Source: an uncultured Bacteroidales bacterium (lineage in GTDB: Bacteria; Bacteroidota; Bacteroidia; Bacteroidales; P3). Taken from it: a stretch of 60,303 bases of DNA. A program made the translations under genes and the position numbers. Each line of letters opens with the position of its first letter. Position 1 is the stretch's first letter. The notes beneath the pieces are model-generated. The model was not told the DNA's origin. It did no database searches and worked only from the letters and a program-made list of their open reading frames with translations. Where the stretch lies: the NCBI GenBank assembly GCA_947303735.1, contig CAMYZD010000001.1, forward strand, positions 1 to 60,303. The letters are read 5' to 3'. Of this stretch, positions 9,601 through 16,616 are shown piece after piece.

Positions 9601-11722
9601 GAAGAGAATCAATGTTTTTCTCATGGTGTTGGTGGTGGCAGTGCTCGCCACCAGCACCATTGTTAGTAAGATAAATGGAGGCGATGAGGCTTCCGCCAGC
9701 ATATATAATTCTTGGTGGTTTATCCTGCTCTTGGCACTAGTAGGAGTGGGGGCTGTGGCTACTATATTCCGTGAAAAGATGTGGCAAGTGCCATATAGGC
9801 TGTTGTTGTACAGCTCGGTAGTGGTCATCCTGTTGGGAGGAGGACTCACGACCTGGACGGGTAGCCACGGCAGCATGACCTTGCAGCCAGGTGTGCCATG
9901 CAGCACTTTCGCTAATGAAGATGGCCAGGAGTGGGCGCTGCCCTTTGCGCTCACGTTAGACCGCTTTGAGGTGGTGACCTATCCAGGGTCGCATGCTCCG
10001 ATGGACTTCGTGAGCCATATAACCGCTGGGGACGAGAAGGCGGTTATCTCGATGAACCATATCTATAAACATGGTGGTTATCGATTTTATCAAGAAGACT
10101 ACGACGAGAAGGGTAACTCTACGTTGAGCGTGGCGCACGACCCTATTGGGATTGCCGTCACTTATGCAGGCTATCTGTTGTTGCTGGTGGGATTGATTGT
10201 CATGTTTCTATCCCCCAAGTCGCATTTTAAAAGGCTGCTCAAAGGATTGCCGGTGGTGGCATTGCTTATGATGGGTTGCGTGGCATCGGCAAAACCTACG
10301 ACGCTGCCCCGCCATACGGCCGACCAATTAGGACGAGTGCAGGTGTTGTATAAGGGAAGGGTATGCCCATTGCAGACCTTTGCCAAAGACTTTACGACCA
10401 AGCTCTATGGGAAAGCTACCTATCAAGGCCTTTCGCCTGAGCAGGTGCTTAGTGGATGGATGTTCTACAACAGCGAATGGTGTGACGAACCCATGATAAA
10501 AATCAAAGGAGCCGAACTGCGCCATCAACTGGGCATGGAGGGTCGCTATACCTCATTTAGCAATTTGCAGGCCCACGAGGGATTGCTGGACAGTCAACCT
10601 GCGACTAAAGAATTTGCTGCAGCCAACGAGAAGAAGAATTTGGTGCAGATGGTGATGAACAGCAAGCTGTTGAAGATATACCCCTTGGCAGATTCAACGG
10701 GAACTATTGGCTGGTACTCACAGAACGACCCGCTGCCCATCGGAGTGGACGATGATGCCTATTTGTTTGTCCGCAAACAATTGGGTTATTGTCAGGAGCT
10801 GGTGGTCAGAGGGGATTATGCCACATTGGACACTGTGTTTGCCAAGACTTGCAAATATCAACAGAAACAGGCATCTGAGGTACTGCCTTCGCCAGTACGT
10901 TTTCGGGCTGAGAGGCTCTATAATGCCCTCACGACAGGCAGATGGCTGGCAATGCTGTCGGTCATGCTAGGACTTCTGTCATTTGCCCTGACGATATCGA
11001 CTACAGGTAGTAAGAAAGACCATTCGAAACTCTCAGTGTTTAATTCCCGAGTCGCTGTAGCCGCGGTGGCGCTGCTGACGTGCTTCCTACTACTAATCAT
11101 AGGACTGCGCTGGGTGGCAGGTGGACATGTGCCTATGGCAGGCGGATTTGACAGCATGAACTTAATGTCGGTCACCTTAGGATTGGTAGCCCTCAGTATG
11201 GCTAGACGTCATCGGGCTGCTCCTTCTGTAGCGCTACTTGCCATGGGATTCTGCCAGTTGGTGGCAATGATGAGCGGCTCGAATCCTCCAATCACCCACC
11301 TAATGCCTGTGCTTAATTCTCCATTACTGACGTTGCATGTGACGGTGATAATGATAGCCTATGCATTGTTTCTCTTTGTGATGCTCAGCAGCTTGGCTGC
11401 CCTCTTTCTTCCGGCCCAGCGCGTAAGACTGGAACGCTCTAATTTACTGATGCTCTATCCAGCCGTGGCGTTACTGTCGATTGGTATCGTTATAGGTGCA
11501 GTGTGGGCCAACATCTCATGGGGCAATTACTGGTCGTGGGATCCGAAAGAAGTGTGGGCTCTGATTACGCTGATAGTCTATCTTTATCCTCTTTATCTGG
11601 CTCGCAAGGAAAACCATTCACGGTTTGGATTCCATTTATACTGCGTGTTGGCGATATTGAGTGTTGCCATTACCTACTTCGGAGTCAACTTAATACTTGG
11701 AGGCATCCACTCCTACGGTTGA
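9599..11722 (+). CDS. ccsBA: Fused system II cytochrome c synthase (ResB/CcsB-CcsA, CcsBA type)
   Basis: 707 aa polytopic membrane protein. The C-terminal half carries the Trp-rich WWD motif WGNYWSWDPKEVWA. Confidence 0.85.
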   Translation: MKRINVFLMVLVVAVLATSTIVSKINGGDEASASIYNSWWFILLLALVGVGAVATIFREKMWQVPYRLLLYSSVVVILLGGGLTTWTGSHGSMTLQPGVPCSTFANEDGQEWALPFALTLDRFEVVTYPGSHAPMDFVSHITAGDEKAVISMNHIYKHGGYRFYQEDYDEKGNSTLSVAHDPIGIAVTYAGYLLLLVGLIVMFLSPKSHFKRLLKGLPVVALLMMGCVASAKPTTLPRHTADQLGRVQVLYKGRVCPLQTFAKDFTTKLYGKATYQGLSPEQVLSGWMFYNSEWCDEPMIKIKGAELRHQLGMEGRYTSFSNLQAHEGLLDSQPATKEFAAANEKKNLVQMVMNSKLLKIYPLADSTGTIGWYSQNDPLPIGVDDDAYLFVRKQLGYCQELVVRGDYATLDTVFAKTCKYQQKQASEVLPSPVRFRAERLYNALTTGRWLAMLSVMLGLLSFALTISTTGSKKDHSKLSVFNSRVAVAAVALLTCFLLLIIGLRWVAGGHVPMAGGFDSMNLMSVTLGLVALSMARRHRAAPSVALLAMGFCQLVAMMSGSNPPITHLMPVLNSPLLTLHVTVIMIAYALFLFVMLSSLAALFLPAQRVRLERSNLLMLYPAVALLSIGIVIGAVWANISWGNYWSWDPKEVWALITLIVYLYPLYLARKENHSRFGFHLYCVLAILSVAITYFGVNLILGGIHSYG

Positions 11723-11744
11723 TGACCTTAATAATTGCATACCT

Positions 11745-11789
11745 GTGCTGCAGCAATTGTTTATTTAGTTGCTGTGGCACTTTTTTTTT
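11745..11789 (+). terminator. Intrinsic terminator of the imelysin-CcsBA operon
   Basis: A 12-bp stem pairs gtgctgcagcaa (11745-11756) with ttgctgtggcac (11769-11780), including two G.U pairs. It is followed by T9 (11781-11789). Confidence 0.75.
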
Positions 11790-11791
11790 GT

Positions 11792-13765
11792 TTACCTCTT
11801 TCGAGTCTTTTTGGCAGTTTCGACGTCCTGTACTAGGCGGACAGAACAGCGGTCGAGACGCTCCAAGGCCATAATGTAGGAACTACGACCTGTTACGAAA
11901 CACACACCCATTGCATTGCGCTTGTCGTAGTGGATGGTTGTCCAATAGTATCCAATCTGTTCATTACCTTCAAGCGGAGGCGCGTAGCTGGCTTTGCGAC
12001 TGAATTCTTTATCCGCAATAGTTCCGACATCGTCCTCGCCATGCACGCTTAAGAAATCAGTAGAGCAGTTGGACGTTTTGGCCATAGTGCTAACGCATTC
12101 GTCAACCATTGGTATCTGTGAGCCATAGCCGACGTTAAAGCCTTCTATGCGGGCGCTGTTTTTGTCGACAATGCTTCCTGTGATCAGTGCCGCATGATAC
12201 TCCGACAGGCTGCACATACCAGCAGCAGGTAGGAATACAGCCCCAGCACGTTCCATCACCATCCATTGTCCTACGGTGAAACGGTAAATGGTATTGAAGT
12301 TGAGCGTATCGAAGCCTCGTTCTAGCCAGTCGTCGGGTAGTAGTATGATGCCCTGAGTGCCACTTATTAGGCCCATGGTGCGGAGTCTCCATGCATTGGG
12401 GCGACCGGTCAGCAGATAGTCCCATTCGTAGACACTAAGGGTTCTCCAAAGCCCTTCGCGGTTGCCGCCGTTGCTGATGCGATTGTAAACGCCCCAGTCG
12501 AAGCTGGTGCCGTCTATATTCTTATTGGCACCGTTGCCAAAGTTGGTAGGATTGGGTGAATAGTAATAGGGTGCCTTGTCGCGATAGCCACTGGTACCCC
12601 ACGCAAAGAGATCTATCCAGCCGGCATAGTGCTTGCCGTATTTCATGTTGTCGAAACCGATGAGGTCGAACTGTCGTTCGGCAAAGCGCCACAGGTTGGC
12701 ATAGGCATTATACTGCAGATTGCCCTTTGAGAATCGCACCTGCTTGTTAGGAGCAACGCTGAAAGTGCCCTCCAAGACTCCTTGAGCTAGATGGACGGCG
12801 GCCTGAGTGGATGTGGAACTGTAGATCTTGTTGCCCACTATCGAATCTATCACATACTGGTTGGGCATCCAGCCTGTGGTAGAGGGACCCTCGTCAGAAA
12901 GAGCGAGACGGAATCCCAACACACTCAACTGCATGTCGGGAACCCAAAAATTGCGGTATGCATTGCGGCAATCGTTGGGGACATCGGTCCATGACCCACC
13001 CCTGCCCACATGGAAGGCTCCACTGTCGGCTCCTCTCGGATTGAGAGTCACAGCGATGTATTCGTCCTCCCACAGGTTGTTATTGTCCATCCACATGGTC
13101 AGAGTCTCATGGTCGGTCACGTAGTCGGGTTTGCCTATGTTCTTAGCAACTAGCCAGAGGTAGTAATCGTCGAGATACCAGTCGCTGCACCATTCCCATA
13201 CGTTGCCGGTCATGTCGTACAGACCTAGTTCGTTGGGGACAAGACCTCCAACGATATGAGTGGAGTCGTTGCTGTTAAGCTGAGACCATCCTACGCGCAT
13301 CACGTCGTTGCTGCCGGCATAGGGGAAGCCGCGCGACTGGCTGCCTCCACGGGCAGCGTATTCCCATTCCGCCTCAGTGGGGAGTCGGAAATGAAGACCT
13401 GTGAGACTGTCGAGACGATGGATAAACAACAGCACTTCGTTGTAGCTTACTTGCTCCACGGGTAGATCCTCGCCCACGAAATTGGATGGGTTATATCCCA
13501 TGACGGTTGTCCATAGGCGTTGAGTCACCTCATAGCGCCCCAGGAAGTAGTTGTCCACTGTCACACCATGGAGCGGCACCTCGTCGTTTTTCCCTATCGT
13601 CCAATAGGCAGGTTCGCATCCCATGATAAATGACCCTCCTTTGACATAAACCATCTCGAACTTACAATCGCCTACGACACAGGTGAGTGTGCGCTTGTTG
13701 CTCTGAGAGTGGGCATGGCTTCCAAGAAGGGCTATCAGCAGTAAGAGTATAGCTATTCGATTCAT
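11792..13765 (-). CDS. Secreted FGE/SUMF1-domain protein with a lectin-like (FISUMP/DUF1566-like) C-terminal half, paralog A
   Basis: The FGE-sulfatase fold motifs are RLPTEAEWEYAARGG, GNVWEWCSDWY, GRGGSW and GFRLA. The C-terminal half carries WRTLSVYEWDYL, AVFLPAAG, GYYWTT and SVRLVQD. I start it at ATG 13765 (MNRIAILLLLIALLG signal peptide) rather than at 13822. Confidence 0.8.
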   Translation of the reverse strand: MNRIAILLLLIALLGSHAHSQSNKRTLTCVVGDCKFEMVYVKGGSFIMGCEPAYWTIGKNDEVPLHGVTVDNYFLGRYEVTQRLWTTVMGYNPSNFVGEDLPVEQVSYNEVLLFIHRLDSLTGLHFRLPTEAEWEYAARGGSQSRGFPYAGSNDVMRVGWSQLNSNDSTHIVGGLVPNELGLYDMTGNVWEWCSDWYLDDYYLWLVAKNIGKPDYVTDHETLTMWMDNNNLWEDEYIAVTLNPRGADSGAFHVGRGGSWTDVPNDCRNAYRNFWVPDMQLSVLGFRLALSDEGPSTTGWMPNQYVIDSIVGNKIYSSTSTQAAVHLAQGVLEGTFSVAPNKQVRFSKGNLQYNAYANLWRFAERQFDLIGFDNMKYGKHYAGWIDLFAWGTSGYRDKAPYYYSPNPTNFGNGANKNIDGTSFDWGVYNRISNGGNREGLWRTLSVYEWDYLLTGRPNAWRLRTMGLISGTQGIILLPDDWLERGFDTLNFNTIYRFTVGQWMVMERAGAVFLPAAGMCSLSEYHAALITGSIVDKNSARIEGFNVGYGSQIPMVDECVSTMAKTSNCSTDFLSVHGEDDVGTIADKEFSRKASYAPPLEGNEQIGYYWTTIHYDKRNAMGVCFVTGRSSYIMALERLDRCSVRLVQDVETAKKTRKR

Positions 13766-13900
13766 CGTGTGTGTATTATTACTGGATAGGTGTTGGTTCG
13801 TAGTGTTTTTTTTCAGATGCAAAGATATGATTTTTTTTTGAATCCGTTGGTTTTTAGGGAGAGGAAGATGTTACTATGGGTATCTCGGAGGAGGGTCTTA

Positions 13901-13942
13901 GAAGAAAACAAAGGCACCCAGGGTATTGCCTCGGGTGCCTTT
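13901..13942 (-). terminator. Intrinsic terminator of the coiled-coil OMP gene
   Basis: A 10-bp stem pairs aaaggcaccc (13910-13919) with gggtgccttt (13933-13942). On the minus strand it is followed by a T-rich run. Confidence 0.6.
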
Positions 13943-13968
13943 ATGAAATAATTGTAAGGAAAGATGCT

Positions 13969-14877
13969 CTACAGAGTGAAGCGAATGCCGAATTCGTGGA
14001 TCATGTTGCCACTGCCGCTTTTGTAGGTAGGAAGGAGGTTGAAGTAGACTTCGGTGCCGGGGGCAAAGATGAGCCAGCGGTTCTGGGTGCCGATGGCAAA
14101 GTCGCAACGGAAACGATTCATGTTGTAGACGGGTTTGTTGAACATCACACCGGGGACAACACCGAAATACCAGCCGTGTTCGTTGTCTTTATTGATGTGG
14201 CTGAGTTTGATGGGGAGAACGATGGTGTTAGTGGAGGTAGTGGTTTCTTTGACATCGTAGGAGGCTGCAGTGATTTCATCGCCCGTGATGCCGAGGTGGC
14301 TGTAGCAGAAGATGGTGTAACGATATCCGAGACCGATGTTGAAGTCCCAACGGCGGGCAATGGGGCGATGGTAGTCAAAGGTGACACCTAGATTGGCTCC
14401 GATGCTGTTGTAGTAGTTGTTCTGGCCATAAATACGGCGGTCGGTGAGCATGCTGACAGAAGGATCGGCTGTGAAGTTGGGTTTGCGTCCCCATGCAGCA
14501 TAATGCTCTTGGCGCTTACGCTCCTTTTCTGCCTTTTTCTGCTGCTGGCGGATTTTCTGCTCGGCTTTGGCCTGCTCGCGTTTCTGGCGGTCTTGCTCTT
14601 TCTTTATGGCTTTCTCCTGCTCTTTCTGTTGTTCTTTAAGGAGTTTTTCCTGCTCTTTGGCGCGCTCCTGTTGAGCTTTTTCGGCGGCTTTTTGCTGCTC
14701 CCGCATCAAACGTTCCTGCTCTTTTTGCTGCTGTTTGAGGAGTTCTTCCTGTTCTTTCTGTTGCTGCTTCAATAATGCCTCCTGCTGTTTGGCGCGTTCG
14801 ATAGAATCGTTGCTCTGAGCATAGGCTGTGCCGGCTGAGAGAGCCAGCGCAATCAAAAGGATGTAAAATTTCTTCAT
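13969..14877 (-). CDS. Outer-membrane beta-barrel protein with a long Gln/Lys/Glu-rich coiled-coil segment
   Basis: I start it at ATG 14877 (MKKFYILLIALALSAGTAYAQ). About 100 aa of QQKEQE-type repeats are followed by a beta-strand-patterned C-terminal domain ending GIRFTL. Confidence 0.7.
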   Translation of the reverse strand: MKKFYILLIALALSAGTAYAQSNDSIERAKQQEALLKQQQKEQEELLKQQQKEQERLMREQQKAAEKAQQERAKEQEKLLKEQQKEQEKAIKKEQDRQKREQAKAEQKIRQQQKKAEKERKRQEHYAAWGRKPNFTADPSVSMLTDRRIYGQNNYYNSIGANLGVTFDYHRPIARRWDFNIGLGYRYTIFCYSHLGITGDEITAASYDVKETTTSTNTIVLPIKLSHINKDNEHGWYFGVVPGVMFNKPVYNMNRFRCDFAIGTQNRWLIFAPGTEVYFNLLPTYKSGSGNMIHEFGIRFTL

Positions 14878-14940
14878 AATACTATTTTTTAGTGAATGTG
14901 TGTATAACGCAGTTGAGTGGGAATTATTGTGTGAGGGCAT

Positions 14941-14964
14941 AAAAAAAAGGAGTTTTGCAACTCC
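14941..14964 (-). terminator. Intrinsic terminator of tRNA-Pro
   Basis: The minus strand reads GGAGTT-GCAA-AACTCC followed by T8. Confidence 0.8.
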
Positions 14965-14974
14965 TTTCTTTCTG

Positions 14975-15048
14975 TCGGGGCGAAAAGACTCGAACTTTCG
15001 ACCCCTTGCACCCCATGCAAGTGCGCTAGCCAACTGCGCCACGCCCCG
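14975..15048 (-). tRNA. tRNA-Pro (anticodon GGG)
   Basis: Hand-folded cloverleaf. Acceptor CGGGGCG/CGCCCCG, D arm GCGC-AGTTGGCTA-GCGC, anticodon arm CTTGC-ATGGGGT-GCAAG (anticodon GGG at 34-36), T arm GAAAG-TTCGAGT-CTTTT, discriminator A. CCA is not encoded. Confidence 0.9.
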
Positions 15049-15083
15049 AACATTTTGTTTCTCGTATCTCTCGAAAACGGTTG

Positions 15084-15091
15084 CAAAAGTA
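15084..15091 (-). promoter_or_regulatory. Candidate -7 box (TACTTTTG) for tRNA-Pro
   Basis: Plus-strand caaaagta is TACTTTTG on the minus strand, 36 nt upstream of the tRNA 5' end. Confidence 0.4.
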
Positions 15092-15185
15092 CTACTTTTT
15101 CTGGAATTGACCAAATTTTTTTTGTATTTTCTTTTATCTTAGGAGAGAAAAGTTGCTATGATGAGCTGTGTATTAGTATAATAAG

Positions 15186-16604
15186 TTATTTAGAAAACTT
15201 GACGAAAACGAAGTTTGCTCCGGTGTTTTCAGACCCTATTTCTTCTAATTTGTTGCCGTTTTGAACAGAAAATTGGGTGTCAGAAGGTAGGTATGTGTGC
15301 AGGTGTTGGCGTAATGTGCTGATACGTCGTTCGATAAGTAGGTTATTGAATGCGTCGTTGTTGGTTTGGTCGCAATATACGTCGATGGTTGCCTTGTAGT
15401 CGGGGTTGTCACGAAGGAAGATAATGATGGGTTTTAGTGACGATTCTCCTTCGGGCGATATCTCAATGTCGGCTTCGTGGCTGAAGAGGTCTTGAATGAT
15501 GATAGGGTGGTTGATAGGGAGAGAGGAGAGTTGAATGTTATTCTGTAATGAGTTGATTAGTAGCCGTTCTGTAGTGCGTACTATGGATATTTCCTTCTCA
15601 TAATTGAAGTAGCCGCTGAGGGAGGCTTGCAGCAGATAATTGTTGTTGGGAAGGACAAACATTTGATAGTTCCCGCTTTTATCTGACTGGGTGCTGGCTA
15701 CGATCCTTCCGTTGAGAGTTATTTGGATGTTCGCATTTGGTATCGGTGTATTGTGCACATCGAAAATGGTTCCCGAGACCATGACTCCGTCAAGTCGACC
15801 TTTGAATGAGTATAGCTCGCGCTGTCCTGAGCGATTGGTTATCCACCATCCTTGAGCATAGGCGGGGTAGAATGCCATGTTCCAGTCGTTGTGCTCACTA
15901 TTGATGGGGTATGGTAGTGGCTGAATGGTGTAGGTGTCAAAAATAATTTCGTCAATTGTTGCGGCATCGTGCATATACAATGCATATAGGTGGTTGCCTG
16001 CAGTGCTATGTGGCATGCTGTCGGATGTAAAGATGAGGTAGTTCTGGTAGAATGTAGGGTTTGTTTCGTTGCCGGGTGTGTTGACGGTGTTGCCTAGATT
16101 GATGGGTCGGGTCCAGCGATGGCCGTTCCAAAGTGAGCACCAGAGGTCGTAGCCTCCAAGACCCACTTTCCCTTTTGAGGTAAACACCATCATTTTTCCC
16201 GAGGGAGAGAATGTGGGGTGGCAAATGTCGCGTTGCCAACCGTGAATGTTAATGCGCCGTACTTTACAGAAACGGTTGTTGGTTAGAATGTAGAGGTTGG
16301 TGGTGCCATCGGCATCGCAACGGGTGAAGTAGAGGGTGCTGTCGTGAGGATTACGAACCACATAGTCGGCACCTGGAATGATGTTAGCAAAGAGGGTGTC
16401 GGGTTGTAGGGAAGGTGTTCTTTCGGTGTTGATAGGTGCACTTACAAGCAGATGGCTGTAGCCGAATAGTTGATTGTCGATTGTGGAGAGGTTGTCAAGT
16501 CCGTGGGGCAAGCGAATGTTGTGATGGGAATTGACGATAAAAGGTTCTTGTGCGTTCAGCGCTAGGGGCAGCAACAGGATGAACAGCAGGGTTACTTTTT
16601 TCAT
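15186..16604 (-). CDS. PorE-like protein: TolB-type beta-propeller, carboxypeptidase-regulatory-like domain and a degenerate OmpA-like C-terminus
   Basis: 472 aa with a signal peptide. Has a PD40-like repeat (HPTFSPSGKMMVFTS), a CarbopepD_reg-like block (GTIFDVHNTPIPNANIQITLNG...SGYF) and a C-terminal NNLLIERRISTLRQHL resembling the OmpA_C motif NxxLSxxRA. Confidence 0.55.
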   Translation of the reverse strand: MKKVTLLFILLLPLALNAQEPFIVNSHHNIRLPHGLDNLSTIDNQLFGYSHLLVSAPINTERTPSLQPDTLFANIIPGADYVVRNPHDSTLYFTRCDADGTTNLYILTNNRFCKVRRINIHGWQRDICHPTFSPSGKMMVFTSKGKVGLGGYDLWCSLWNGHRWTRPINLGNTVNTPGNETNPTFYQNYLIFTSDSMPHSTAGNHLYALYMHDAATIDEIIFDTYTIQPLPYPINSEHNDWNMAFYPAYAQGWWITNRSGQRELYSFKGRLDGVMVSGTIFDVHNTPIPNANIQITLNGRIVASTQSDKSGNYQMFVLPNNNYLLQASLSGYFNYEKEISIVRTTERLLINSLQNNIQLSSLPINHPIIIQDLFSHEADIEISPEGESSLKPIIIFLRDNPDYKATIDVYCDQTNNDAFNNLLIERRISTLRQHLHTYLPSDTQFSVQNGNKLEEIGSENTGANFVFVKFSK

Positions 16605-16616
16605 AATGGCTACTGA

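Noticed and set aside
12880-13010. A diversity-generating retroelement targeting the FGE-fold proteins (FGE/C-type-lectin folds are classic DGR targets).
   Set aside because: No reverse transcriptase or template repeat is in the window. Nucleotide differences between the two paralogs around GRGGSW...GFRLA are spread over all bases rather than confined to adenine positions, so this is ordinary paralog divergence.
14975-15048. tRNA-Pro as an integration site marking a genomic island that contains FGE paralog A.
   Set aside because: No integrase is present, no direct repeat of the tRNA 3' end was seen, and the flanking genes are ordinary envelope or housekeeping genes. The evidence is insufficient.
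14878-15114. N-terminal extension of ORF 13969-15114 (381 aa in the ORF track).
   Set aside because: The extension reads straight through tRNA-Pro (14975-15048) and its terminator. A good start with a signal peptide (MKKFYILL) exists at 14877.
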